From Bacteroidota bacterium (GTDB lineage: Bacteria > Bacteroidota > Bacteroidia > Chitinophagales > Chitinophagaceae), in the NCBI GenBank assembly GCA_018267675.1, contig JAFDYA010000038.1, forward strand, positions 557 to 64,556: a DNA stretch of 64,000 bases, written 5' to 3'. Shown in pieces: positions 18,855-28,297 of this stretch. The notes under the pieces were generated by a model, which saw only the letters and a program-made list of their open reading frames with translations, had not been told where the DNA came from and did not search any database. Position numbers and translations under genes: made by a program. Position 1 is the first letter of the stretch. The number at the start of each line of letters is the position of its first letter.

Positions 18855-20654
18855 TTACATTTTCTCCGGAAGGCGAATTCCCAATAAATTCATGCCTTGT
18901 CGGAGCACTTGTGCGGTCATTACGATAAGCATCAGCCGAAGGTTTTTCTTTTCGTCTGTAGCTGCCTTGGCTATCGGATGGTTGTCATAAAATGAATTGA
19001 ACAACTGTGCTAGTCCGAAGGCATAGTTACATACGATAGCCGGGCTATATTCATTGGCCGCGGCCTTCAATACTTCAGGGAATTGTTCTAATGAAAGCAG
19101 GAGTTTTCCTTCGGCATCTGTTAGTTTTTCCGATGCTACAAATCCTTGAAAATGGCTGCTGTCCGGCATTATGGGCAGATTTTCTCTCCTAAGGATGGAG
19201 CAAATCCGAGCATGGGCATACTGGATAAAGGTAGCAGTGAAGCCATGCAGGTCAATACTTTCTTTAGGGTCAAAGATCATTTTCTTTTTAGGCTCCACGC
19301 GGAGTAGATAGAATTTCAACGCGCCCATTCCGATCATCTCATACAAATCCTGCAATTCAGCATCGCTGAAACCTTCGGTCTTCCCGGCAGCTTCGGTTTG
19401 CTCCTTGGCGAGTACAATCATTTCATCCATCATATCATCGGCATCCACCACAGTGCCTTCACGGCTTTTCATTCTACCGCTTGGTAGCTCAACCATGCCA
19501 TAACTAAGGTGGTAGATGCCTTTCCAGCAAGGTTCTCCAAGTTTTTTGAGGATGATTTGTAGTACCTGCATGTGGTAGTTTTGCTCATCAGCAATCACAT
19601 AGATACTTTGGTCTATCCCATAGTCGTCATATTTCAGCTTGGCGGTGCCTAGGTCTTGCGTCATGTACACACTAGTACCGTCGCCGCGGAGCAGCAACTT
19701 TTGGTCAAGTCCTTCGTCGCTTAGGTCCACCCAGACGGAGTGGTCTTCTTTCTGATAAAGAATGCCATTAGCCAGCCCCGATTCTACCAATTGTTTGCCC
19801 AGTAAGTAGGTATTGCTTTCAAAGTAGTATTTGTCGAAATCTACACCAAGCCGGGCATAAGTGTTGTTGAATCCTTCATAGACCCAATCATTCATCATTT
19901 TCCATAGTTGCCGCACGTTTTCATCCCCTTTTTCCCAATCTCGGAGCATAGCTTGGGTAGCTTGCATGATTGGCGCTTCTTTCTCGGCTTGTGTGGCATC
20001 CATGCCTTGGCTCACGAGCGCAGCAATCTGTTTTTTGTATTCATTATTGAAACGGACATAGTAGTCGCCCACCAGATGATCTCCCTTGATGCCGGTACTT
20101 GATGGAGTGGCACCATTGCCGTAATCCTGCCAGGCGATCATGCTTTTGCAAATATGGATACCCCGATCGTTTACGAGGTTGGCTTTGATCACTTCCTGCC
20201 CATCGTTTTTTAGGATATTAGCTGTTGCGTAACCAAGAAAGATATTCCGGAGGTGGCCAAAGTGGAGCGGTTTATTGGTATTGGGCGAGGAGTATTCCAG
20301 CATCACCTTTTTGCTCTTTGGAGCAGCCTTACCAAAGTTGGGGTTGTTGAAGTTGTGCAGCAGTAGGTCGGTAAAAACCTGGTCTTTAATACTCAGATTG
20401 AGAAAGCCGGAAACCGTTTGGTGTGCTGAAAATAGGCTAGTGTGTGCCAAAAGATAGTCGCCCAATTTTTCCCCGAGTTCATTTGGCTTACAACGCAGCG
20501 TTTTTACAAAAGGGAAGAGCACTACAGTATAGTGACCAGTGAATTCAGGTTTGGTTTGATTGACTGCTATTTGGTCAAGTTCAAATGCTTGTTCAGGATA
20601 CAAGGCTTGTAAAGCAGCCAGAGATGCGGCTTTTATTTGCTGGTGGAGCGTCAT
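18855..20654 (-). CDS. argS: Arginine--tRNA ligase
   Basis: 599 aa. Has SSPNTNKPLHFGHLRN (HIGH region), MKSREG (the KMSKS equivalent), and a DALR anticodon-binding C-terminus. Confidence 0.95.
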   Translation of the reverse strand: MTLHQQIKAASLAALQALYPEQAFELDQIAVNQTKPEFTGHYTVVLFPFVKTLRCKPNELGEKLGDYLLAHTSLFSAHQTVSGFLNLSIKDQVFTDLLLHNFNNPNFGKAAPKSKKVMLEYSSPNTNKPLHFGHLRNIFLGYATANILKNDGQEVIKANLVNDRGIHICKSMIAWQDYGNGATPSSTGIKGDHLVGDYYVRFNNEYKKQIAALVSQGMDATQAEKEAPIMQATQAMLRDWEKGDENVRQLWKMMNDWVYEGFNNTYARLGVDFDKYYFESNTYLLGKQLVESGLANGILYQKEDHSVWVDLSDEGLDQKLLLRGDGTSVYMTQDLGTAKLKYDDYGIDQSIYVIADEQNYHMQVLQIILKKLGEPCWKGIYHLSYGMVELPSGRMKSREGTVVDADDMMDEMIVLAKEQTEAAGKTEGFSDAELQDLYEMIGMGALKFYLLRVEPKKKMIFDPKESIDLHGFTATFIQYAHARICSILRRENLPIMPDSSHFQGFVASEKLTDAEGKLLLSLEQFPEVLKAAANEYSPAIVCNYAFGLAQLFNSFYDNHPIAKAATDEKKNLRLMLIVMTAQVLRQGMNLLGIRLPEKM

Positions 20655-20949
20655 TATCAGTAAGGTGTTCGAGCTATTTGGGAAAGGTATTCCCTAGTCG
20701 GTTCAAAAAGCTTCAAAGATATTTATTGTAAAGGTCTTGTGCTTGATTTTGTAATTAACCCGGTTTTTACAGTAGGCGATTTGTAACAAGGCAATGCATC
20801 GTCCTATTTGCTGCAATAGTTAGGTGTTGTTATCGTTTTATTCAAGGATGCAGTATCCCTTCATGTCCTTAAGAAATCAAGACGGAGATAAATTTCAAAT
20901 GGTAAAGTAAAATACTTGTTGCGCCGGTTCAGATTTTGGCTTTATGTCC

Positions 20950-20957
20950 TACATTTG
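20950..20957 (+). promoter_or_regulatory. TAnnTTTG -7 promoter box for tRNA-Cys
   Basis: TACATTTG followed by CGC, 18 nt upstream of the mature tRNA 5' end. The same TAnnTTTGCGC arrangement precedes tRNA-Leu. Confidence 0.45.
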
Positions 20958-20974
20958 CGCACTTACAAAGCAAG

Positions 20975-21045
20975 GGTCGCGTAGCCGAGCGGTTAGGCAC
21001 AGCTCTGCAAAAGCTGCTACAGCGGTTCGAGTCCGCTCGCGACCT
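20975..21045 (+). tRNA. tRNA-Cys (GCA)
   Basis: 71 nt. Acceptor GGTCGCG/CGCGACC, anticodon arm CAGCT-CTGCAAA-AGCTG, T arm AGCGG-TTCGAGT-CCGCT. No encoded CCA. Confidence 0.95.
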
Positions 21046-21056
21046 CTGGGTTTTAG

Positions 21057-21090
21057 ACGACCGATACGAAAGTGTCGGTCGTTCTTTTTT
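21057..21090 (+). terminator. Intrinsic terminator after tRNA-Cys
   Basis: ACGACCGA, a 10-nt loop, TCGGTCGT, then TCTTTTTT. Confidence 0.8.
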
Positions 21091-21218
21091 GCAATAGGGT
21101 TTTTTCTACTCATTTCCCATCGTTGGAATTATGCTTCAGGTTTTTAAGGCAATATTTCGGTAGGGATCTAGGTTTAGATTTTTGTGCTGTTTGTACTATG
21201 TTCGCCAACTTTAGCACC

Positions 21219-22733
21219 ATGCAGGAGCAGGACTATGATGTTGTGATTATCGGTGCCGGCCTCGGCGGGCTACTTTGTGGTGTCCTCTTGGCCAAGGAGG
21301 GTAAGAAGGTGTGCATCTTGGAGAAGAATCGGCAGATTGGAGGCTGTTTGCAGACGTTTGCATTTCACAAGAAGGTGTTTGATGCTTGTGTGCATTACGT
21401 TGGTGGCCTCAGCGAAGGGACGGGCTTAAATAAAATATTGTCTTATGCCGGCATTTTAGATAGACTACCCTTGAAGTCTTTAAATCCTCAGCGTGTGGAT
21501 CTGATATCTTTTGCGGATGAGAAAGTGGAGTACCCAATAGCTACGCGCCCATTTTTTGTCGAACAATTGCTTCCATTTTTTCCAAAGGAAGAAGGGGCGC
21601 TGACTCGATATTTGGAACTCATTACTGATGTAGTGGCGCGCTTCCCGCTATATCACTTACGTGTGGGTTCGGCTGCGGAAAAGGACACAGTACTAGGCTT
21701 GGAGTTGGTACAAACTTTGCGGGGCTTGACTAAAGACGAACGGCTGATACAAGTACTGGCCGGAAACAATTTTTTGTATGCAGGTGTTGCGGGGCAAACG
21801 CCGTTTTATAATCATGCCTTGAGTCTGGATGGTTATTTGCATAGTGCAGATAAGGTGTTGCCTGGATCATCGCAAGTGGCCAAGTTGCTTTGGAAAGAGT
21901 TGCAGCATTTGGGAGGCTATATCCAACGGAATGCAAGGGTGGAGCGTCTTGTGGAGCAGGATGGGATGTTGCGCTATGCTGTGACTGATGATGGGCGGAA
22001 ATGGTTCGGAAAGGAATTTATTTCCGCTATCCCCACTTCGGCTTTGCTTTCAATTATTGAGAGTAGGGCATTTCGTCCGGCATTTCGGGAGCGGGTACAA
22101 GCTATGCCTCATACCCCGTCTGCGATAATGATTAATTTGGTACTTCGCCCAAAAACGATCGTTTATACGGGTAGCAATCATTATTGGCATCCCTCAGGGG
22201 CTGTCTTTGCAAAGCAACATTTGGGCAGTATTCAATGGCCGGACACGCAAGCTCTTTTTTTCAATGAAGACCCGCAACATCCAGGTTTTGCAGAGAGTCT
22301 TAGCATCTTGGTTTATTCCAGCTTCACTCATTTTGCAGCATGGGCAGAATCAGAGAATATTCTTGGCGTGCATCATTGTCGGGAGCTGGGTTATCAGGAA
22401 AAAAAAGAAGAATTTTTGGATAGTATTTTGGCAAAGACCTATCGGAAATTCCCAGAATTGCGTGGGGCTATTTTGGCAAGAAGTATGGCGTCGCCACTTA
22501 GCTTTCGGGACTATACAGGTACGCCAAATGGGTCGCTTTACGGCCCGGAAAAAAATGTTCATGCGCCAGCTCAAGCACAAATTGGTTTACGCACCAAGTT
22601 GCCCAACCTCTATTTCACAGGGCAGAATGTGAATCTGCATGGAGTAATGGGGGTAAGCATTACGGCTGTAGCCACATGCTGTGAGCTACTTGGGATGGAG
22701 TATTTGCTTGAAAAAATAAATGGCGAAACTTAG
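21219..22733 (+). CDS. NAD(P)/FAD-dependent oxidoreductase of the phytoene-desaturase/retinol-saturase family
   Basis: MQEQDYDVVIIGAGLGGLLCGVLLAKEGKKVCILEKN is a GxGxxG Rossmann N-terminus. ATG at 21219 (alternative 21198). The track's 21072 start overlaps the tRNA terminator. Confidence 0.8.
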   Translation: MQEQDYDVVIIGAGLGGLLCGVLLAKEGKKVCILEKNRQIGGCLQTFAFHKKVFDACVHYVGGLSEGTGLNKILSYAGILDRLPLKSLNPQRVDLISFADEKVEYPIATRPFFVEQLLPFFPKEEGALTRYLELITDVVARFPLYHLRVGSAAEKDTVLGLELVQTLRGLTKDERLIQVLAGNNFLYAGVAGQTPFYNHALSLDGYLHSADKVLPGSSQVAKLLWKELQHLGGYIQRNARVERLVEQDGMLRYAVTDDGRKWFGKEFISAIPTSALLSIIESRAFRPAFRERVQAMPHTPSAIMINLVLRPKTIVYTGSNHYWHPSGAVFAKQHLGSIQWPDTQALFFNEDPQHPGFAESLSILVYSSFTHFAAWAESENILGVHHCRELGYQEKKEEFLDSILAKTYRKFPELRGAILARSMASPLSFRDYTGTPNGSLYGPEKNVHAPAQAQIGLRTKLPNLYFTGQNVNLHGVMGVSITAVATCCELLGMEYLLEKINGET

Positions 22734-23503
22734 AAAAGGTATCTACCGTCGGGGCTGTATAGCACGGGCTTCAGCCGATGATTAGTTTCGAAATAATCAT
22801 ACTCTCGTTTCATGTTCACCCAGAATTTCTGTTTGGTAGTGTCGCTGCCATATTCTCGCCCTAAAAAGTCAAGGCCGGTACGGTCGAAGCGAATGGGGTA
22901 GATGTGCACCGGTATATTCGTTTCTCCGGCAAGGCGAGCGCTTAGGCAAAGCGTATAGAGCTCCATGATTACCGGGTCGGTCATCGGGATACAGCCGACG
23001 GTCACGCAGCCACCATGGATATAAATATTGCCACCGGGCTTGTCTTTGTCCCCTTTCACCAGGTCCGAATAGTTCGGATAGTTGAGCAAGAGTGAAAGAT
23101 AAAAGTCTGATTTTGGGTTGAAGTCTTCAATGAAGTAATAGCCTTCCGGAACCTGCCGATCACCTTCCCAACGCTTTGGGCCAAGTATTCCGGAAAGTGC
23201 GCACATCCGATAGTGTTTGATAAGCTTGTACTCGTCTTTTTTGCTTGCTCTTGCCCACAGTTCCCCTTCATTATGTGCCTTGAAGAAGCGAAGGAAAATA
23301 TCATTACATGGGTAGGGTATTTTCTGTGCTTCAAACAGTTTCTTGAGGGTATCATTGTATCGAGCGTAAGCCTGAGACACGCGGTTGAATGAAAATTGGA
23401 AGTTTTTCAGGGTGCTGGCATCGTCTTGCGCCTGTGCGGAAATTGAGGAAACAGCAAAAATAATTGCCAGGAAAATGGAGCGAAGCATTGAGCAGGAGGG
23501 CAA
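22730..23503 (-). CDS. L,D-transpeptidase (YkuD-like) catalytic-domain family protein, secreted
   Basis: 257 aa with a signal peptide. Contains IYIHGGCVTVGCIPM, which resembles the H-G...GC catalytic motif. The stop overlaps the convergent oxidoreductase stop by 4 nt. Confidence 0.65.
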   Translation of the reverse strand: MPSCSMLRSIFLAIIFAVSSISAQAQDDASTLKNFQFSFNRVSQAYARYNDTLKKLFEAQKIPYPCNDIFLRFFKAHNEGELWARASKKDEYKLIKHYRMCALSGILGPKRWEGDRQVPEGYYFIEDFNPKSDFYLSLLLNYPNYSDLVKGDKDKPGGNIYIHGGCVTVGCIPMTDPVIMELYTLCLSARLAGETNIPVHIYPIRFDRTGLDFLGREYGSDTTKQKFWVNMKREYDYFETNHRLKPVLYSPDGRYLF

Positions 23504-23569
23504 AAAATGGACTAAGATTTAAGTGCAGGGTGCGCAAATATAGGATGCTCTTGCTGCAAGAATTTTATA

Positions 23570-23612
23570 AAAGAAAAAGCCGGCAACACAAAATAATTGC
23601 TGTGTTGCCGGC
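23570..23612 (-). terminator. Intrinsic terminator after the PKD/T9SS gene
   Basis: 12-bp perfect stem GCCGGCAACACA/TGTGTTGCCGGC with a 10-nt loop, followed on the minus strand by TTTTTCTTT. Confidence 0.85.
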
Positions 23613-23630
23613 CAAAAATATAAACCAGGA

Positions 23631-25427
23631 TTATTGTAGTAAAAGCTTGGTGGTGATACCAGCAACGCTGCCTGTGCCATGCACAAAATAAAGTCCGCGA
23701 GCTAATGACGATACATCAATCTTTATTTCACCGGCATTGCCTTGGATAGATTGTGTCCGAAGCACTTCGCGACCAGAAATTGTAGTAATTACAAAGCCAC
23801 CATTTACGGTGTTTTTGCTATTCCATACTATGGAAATGCTATGCTGCGCAGGGTTGGGGGCAATGACAACAGCACAATTTTGCTGTACTCCCGGAGTAAT
23901 ACCTAATTTGTTTGGTGAAATCACTCGTAGGGCAACGTCTTTTGTAAAGTTGATGTCCGAGAAGGAAGGATGATTGGCATTAAGTAATATCGGTGTTACC
24001 GGAACAGTAGTATAGTTCAACAGTTCGGGGTAAATGCTATAATATCCCATTGGTAGGTTTGCAAAGAGATATTTTCCTGCAGTGTCGGTATAAGTCATGC
24101 CGATGATTTTCATGTCTCTGTCGCGGAGATATACAAGTTGATTTTTCACTTTGGTATTCGCATCCAGAATGATTTGGCCACCAATAAAGCCGACATCAGT
24201 ACCGACTACTTTCCCTGAATGCATATAGATATTGTTGCCTACACTGCCTCCTCCGTTATGTATGATGTTTCGTGCACCTGCCCAATAGGAATTGGAATCT
24301 AAATAAGTAGGAATAATTCCGGCACCATTGGTAGAGCCGATCCAAACCTCTGCGCGCACCTGATAGTTGCCGCTTGGATAGTTGGCAAAAGCATAATAAG
24401 GTACACTAGTGCTCGCGGTGAGTTGTGAGTCTATTATGGCCAATGCATTGGATGCAGAATCGTATTTGATTAGGTAAATGCTAAAGAAATTTGTGCCGTA
24501 AGTAGTATCATAAATCACGTTTCCGGCAATTAGGTTAGCTGGCGTAGGGATGGTAGTAATGGTGACCATCTTGGTGATAGAATCACGGCAACTGGTAGTG
24601 TTGAAGGAGTCGCGCCATTGCATTTTTAGCTTTACGAGATATACGCCTGGTGCGGTGTAGGTATGTGGTGGTGTATTGACACCGGTAGCGCTTGCGCCAT
24701 CGCCATAATCCCAATTAGCGACAGCGTAGTACTGTGAGCTGGCTATTGTGGAAGAAGTATTGGTGAAGCTGGCCACATTACCACTGACAGAACTAGTATA
24801 ATTGGCGAAAAGAGTACCGCAGTTGAGTGCTGGTGGTGGAATACTTACATAAATGTATTTAGTGTTGGTATAGCTACAGCCACCTTTAGTTGTCGTAAGG
24901 GTCACCAAATAGGGCCCGGCGGTAGCGTAAGTATGAGAGGGATTAGCGGAGGTCGATGTGCCACCATCGCCGAAGGTCCAAGCATAGCTTACACCACTGC
25001 TACCAGCTGGGATAAAAGAGCTGAAGGTTTTTGTTGCTCCAAATCCGGTCATGAATATTTGACTACCACAAGGCGTATAGGCCACAGTATCCTGAATAGA
25101 AACACTGTCTTTGCAGACAATAGTGTTGGTGACAGAGTCCTTGCTGATAATCACGATACTGACGGTGTACACACCTGGTGCAGCATAGATATGGGAGGGA
25201 ATGGTCGTGCCGCTCGTATTGTTGAAGGTTCCGCCATCGCCGTAATACCCATAAACGACATTTTTTTGACCGGTAAAGGGGAGCGAATAGGCCGAAGTGT
25301 TGGTGAAATCAACGTTGAGCAAGTTATTACCAGTAGGATTGGCAGTAGCAGTAAAAGAGCCATAGCATTGTGCTCCTGCTGCAAAAGACCCCAAAAGCAT
25401 AATTGCGCCGAGTAAAATCTTTCTCAT
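23631..25427 (-). CDS. Secreted multi-PKD-domain protein with T9SS C-terminal sorting domain
   Basis: 598 aa with a signal peptide. Three PKD-type repeats (PSHIYAAPGVYTVSIV / PSHTYATAGPYLVTLT / PPHTYTAPGVYLVKLK), a CarboxypepD_reg-like middle region, and a terminal APNPAQHSISIVW...GLYFVHG...KLLLQ. Confidence 0.8.
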   Translation of the reverse strand: MRKILLGAIMLLGSFAAGAQCYGSFTATANPTGNNLLNVDFTNTSAYSLPFTGQKNVVYGYYGDGGTFNNTSGTTIPSHIYAAPGVYTVSIVIISKDSVTNTIVCKDSVSIQDTVAYTPCGSQIFMTGFGATKTFSSFIPAGSSGVSYAWTFGDGGTSTSANPSHTYATAGPYLVTLTTTKGGCSYTNTKYIYVSIPPPALNCGTLFANYTSSVSGNVASFTNTSSTIASSQYYAVANWDYGDGASATGVNTPPHTYTAPGVYLVKLKMQWRDSFNTTSCRDSITKMVTITTIPTPANLIAGNVIYDTTYGTNFFSIYLIKYDSASNALAIIDSQLTASTSVPYYAFANYPSGNYQVRAEVWIGSTNGAGIIPTYLDSNSYWAGARNIIHNGGGSVGNNIYMHSGKVVGTDVGFIGGQIILDANTKVKNQLVYLRDRDMKIIGMTYTDTAGKYLFANLPMGYYSIYPELLNYTTVPVTPILLNANHPSFSDINFTKDVALRVISPNKLGITPGVQQNCAVVIAPNPAQHSISIVWNSKNTVNGGFVITTISGREVLRTQSIQGNAGEIKIDVSSLARGLYFVHGTGSVAGITTKLLLQ

Positions 25428-25508
25428 AAATGACTGTTATGGTTGACTGATTGATGGTTTGTACCCTACAAGACGGGTGGTCGTTGGGAAAAGTTAGGAA
25501 GATTTTAT

Positions 25509-25545
25509 AAAAAGAAATCCCTGCAAGATAATTCATGCAGGGATT
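25509..25545 (-). terminator. Intrinsic terminator after hppD
   Basis: 10-bp stem AATCCCTGCA/TGCAGGGATT (25516..25545) followed on the minus strand by TCTTTTT. Confidence 0.75.
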
Positions 25546-25570
25546 ATTCCGAACCTAATAGTTCGCATTT

Positions 25571-26701
25571 TTATAAGTTTCCTCTAAGTGCTTGTTCTCG
25601 CTCTATGCTTTCAAAAAGCGCTTTGAAATTCCCGGCACCAAAACTTTTAGCTCCTTTTCGTTGGATGATTTCAAAAAATAGTGTCGGGCGGTCTTCAACT
25701 GGCTTTGTAAAGATTTGCAATAGATAGCCTTCTTCATCGGTATCTACTAAAATCTTCAACTCCTGCAACTGGGCTACTTCTTCGTCGATATTACCGACAC
25801 GCTCAAGCAAGGTTTCATAATAAGTGTCCGGTGTGTCCAAAAATTCTACACCCCTTGATTTTAGCTCTTTCACCGTCTTAATGATGTCATGGGTTGCCAC
25901 AGCAATGTGTTGTACCCCTTCGCCTTCGTAGAAGTCCAGGTATTCTTCAATTTGGCTCTTCTTCTTTCCTTCAGCAGGTTCGTTAATTGGGAATTTTACA
26001 TAACCATTACCGTTACTCATCACTTTGCTCATCAATGCGGAGTATTCTGTATTGATTTGCTTGTCATCAAAGCTCAGAATATTGGCAAAGCCCATCACGT
26101 CTTCATACCATTTTACCGTTTCGTTCATCCGGTTCCAGCCTACATTACCCACACAATGGTCGACATACAAAAGGCCGGTTTCTGTAGGGTTGTAGTTTGA
26201 AGTCATCGCTTTGTAGCCGGGCATGAAAGGTCCCTTATAGTCTTTACGCTCTACAAACATGTGAACTGTTTCTCCGTAGGTATAAATACCACTCAAGACA
26301 ACTTTGCCATTTTCATCTTCGAGTGTTGTCGGTTCCATATAGGATTTTGCCCCCCGCTTGGTTGTTTGTTCGTAAGAGTAGGTGGCATCATCTACCCAAA
26401 GTGCCAAGATTTTCACCCCATCGCCGTGCTTGCGAATATGTTCGCTGATTGGCGAATCACTCTTCATGGGTGTGGTGAGCACCAGGCGGATCTTGCCTTG
26501 TTGTAGTACATAGCTGGCACGATCCCGAACACCGGTCTCAGGGCCGGAATAGGCTACTGTCTGAAAGCCAAAAGCGGTCTTATAATAATGAGCGCTTTGT
26601 TTTGCATTCCCTACATAAAACTCTACATAGTCTGTACCATTAATGGGCAGGAAGTCGGTAAGTTTCCGAGCTTCCAATTCTTTGGCGATAGTCGCTTCCA
26701 T
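25571..26701 (-). CDS. hppD: 4-hydroxyphenylpyruvate dioxygenase
   Basis: ATG at 26701 (MEATIAKEL...). Two VOC/glyoxalase-fold modules and the C-terminal block GVQHIA...LLQIFT...PTLFFEIIQR...GFGAGNFKALFESIE. Confidence 0.9.
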   Translation of the reverse strand: MEATIAKELEARKLTDFLPINGTDYVEFYVGNAKQSAHYYKTAFGFQTVAYSGPETGVRDRASYVLQQGKIRLVLTTPMKSDSPISEHIRKHGDGVKILALWVDDATYSYEQTTKRGAKSYMEPTTLEDENGKVVLSGIYTYGETVHMFVERKDYKGPFMPGYKAMTSNYNPTETGLLYVDHCVGNVGWNRMNETVKWYEDVMGFANILSFDDKQINTEYSALMSKVMSNGNGYVKFPINEPAEGKKKSQIEEYLDFYEGEGVQHIAVATHDIIKTVKELKSRGVEFLDTPDTYYETLLERVGNIDEEVAQLQELKILVDTDEEGYLLQIFTKPVEDRPTLFFEIIQRKGAKSFGAGNFKALFESIEREQALRGNL

Positions 26702-26916
26702 GATGCTATAAAATTTGGTGCAAAGGTACAAATGAATAACAACTAAAGGTAGTTGCGCATCATCTTAGTATTGCATTTGGAATAGGCTGAATATTGCATT
26801 TGGTCGCAGTGCATTTTCTGAGTTTTTGGGCTGCAATCGGCAGGAAATGGGGAGTTGGTCTGTTTAGGTATAATGTACCTAATGTAGCAAATGGAACAGG
26901 TGATTCCCCAACGGAA

Positions 26917-27849
26917 TTACTTTGCTTTAATACCGTAATCAGTAGCCGCTTTATTTTCTTTTTGAGCAATTTCAAATTGTAGTTCGCTTTCTCTTGGGCG
27001 GGGCAGCAGCTTGTGGTGACAGTGATACAGTACGGCAATGCTCAATATGGGTTTCATTTTAATCCCCGCTAATCGCAGACGGAATTCCACATCGGTATCT
27101 TCCCCAAATGTGGGCGCAGTATAGCGTTCGTCAAATCCGTTAATCAGGAGCAAGTCTTTCTTAAAGAGTGAAAAGTTGGCCCCGAGCAGGCCCCGATCAG
27201 CACGATTCAAGAATTTACGAATAATCGTGCTTTTGAAATAAATACCGTTCTTCCAATTCTGTAGATTATGAAAAAGGTAGTCTTTAAGCAGCAGCATTTT
27301 GCCACTAAACGTCTCCAATGTGCTCAGTTGGATCTTCTTTTTTAAAAGAGCTTGCGTAATCCCGGAAGATAAATCTACACGCCGCCCTACCAGGCAGTAT
27401 CCGGGTATTGATTCCTGAAGATGCTCGCTGACAAACTCAGCATGAGGAATACAGTCGCCATCCACAAAAATGAGGTAGTCTGATTGAGCTTTGACAACAC
27501 TACTATTCAGGATTTTATTTTTCCGAAAGCCATCATCAGGATGCCAGTTGTGCCGTATCGTTAAGGAGCTGTGCGCCATCAATTCCATTAACCCATCCTG
27601 GAAGGCTTTTCCAGAGCCATCATCAGAGATAATGAGCTCAAAATCTTTTTCTGTTTGCCGTTCAAATCCAGCTAAAACAAGTTTCAGAAACTCTAGGTTG
27701 TTGTAAACTGATATGATGATAGATGCTTTAAACGACACAGGGTAATGACCGGATATGAGGCCGCAAGGTAAGTTGGAAAATGAAGGAACTGTTTTTCCAA
27801 TTCTTCCAAACGATAGATTAGCCAATGCGGTAATAATCATTTTTTGCAT
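26917..27849 (-). CDS. Glycosyltransferase family 2
   Basis: 310 aa. Contains ASIIISVYNNLEFLKLVL...FELIISDDGS and a DGD motif (IFVDGDCIP). Confidence 0.85.
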   Translation of the reverse strand: MQKMIITALANLSFGRIGKTVPSFSNLPCGLISGHYPVSFKASIIISVYNNLEFLKLVLAGFERQTEKDFELIISDDGSGKAFQDGLMELMAHSSLTIRHNWHPDDGFRKNKILNSSVVKAQSDYLIFVDGDCIPHAEFVSEHLQESIPGYCLVGRRVDLSSGITQALLKKKIQLSTLETFSGKMLLLKDYLFHNLQNWKNGIYFKSTIIRKFLNRADRGLLGANFSLFKKDLLLINGFDERYTAPTFGEDTDVEFRLRLAGIKMKPILSIAVLYHCHHKLLPRPRESELQFEIAQKENKAATDYGIKAK

Positions 27850-27907
27850 TGACGGGAGTCATAAATAGGCTAGCAAAGCGACGGTTATTTTGATTTTCGT
27901 GTCCATA

Positions 27908-28297
27908 ATGCGCGCTTTTCTTCTTTTCCTTTGTTTGGCTTGTGCTGCCTTCACCGGCTTTGTCTATACAAGCGAAGGGCCAAGAACGGAAGCTGCACCA
28001 AGCCCTGCGGCGTTGGCGGGGATTCAGTTGTGGCAAGATAAAAATTGTCAGAGTTGCCATCAGCTTTACGGCTTAGGTGGCTATATGGGGCCGGACTTAA
28101 CAAATGTTGCGCGTAAGGGTGATCAGTACATGAGTTCGTTCCTAAAATCGGGCACAGAGCGGATGCCCAATTTTCAATTGTCGGAAAGTGAAATTGAAAG
28201 GATTTGTGCTTTCTTGCATTGGGTGGATCAGTCAGGAAGCGCAAGAGTATCCGCCGACGCTGTTCATTGGACCGGTAGTTACATTATTAAACCATGA
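27908..28297 (+). CDS. Membrane-anchored mono-haem c-type cytochrome, NorC-like
   Basis: N-terminal anchor helix. Has a CQSCH haem site inside LWQDKNCQSCHQLYGLGGYMGPDLTNV, then ERMPNFQLSESEIERICAFLHW. This pattern parallels NorC as recalled. ATG at 27908; the track start 27890 is TTG. Confidence 0.75.
   Translation: MRAFLLFLCLACAAFTGFVYTSEGPRTEAAPSPAALAGIQLWQDKNCQSCHQLYGLGGYMGPDLTNVARKGDQYMSSFLKSGTERMPNFQLSESEIERICAFLHWVDQSGSARVSADAVHWTGSYIIKP

Noticed and set aside
20944-21147. A 67-aa ORF and the N-terminal 49 codons of the 21072 ORF, overlapping tRNA-Cys and its terminator.
   Set aside because: The sequence is the tRNA and its hairpin. The oxidoreductase's Rossmann motif begins right after the ATG at 21219.
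24933-25415. A 160-aa plus-strand ORF inside the PKD/T9SS gene. Similar antisense or off-frame ORFs occur at 54163..54639, 358..921, 30389..30817 and 22207..22632.
   Set aside because: All lie within genes whose other frame has clear family motifs. Their compositions look like antisense translation artefacts.
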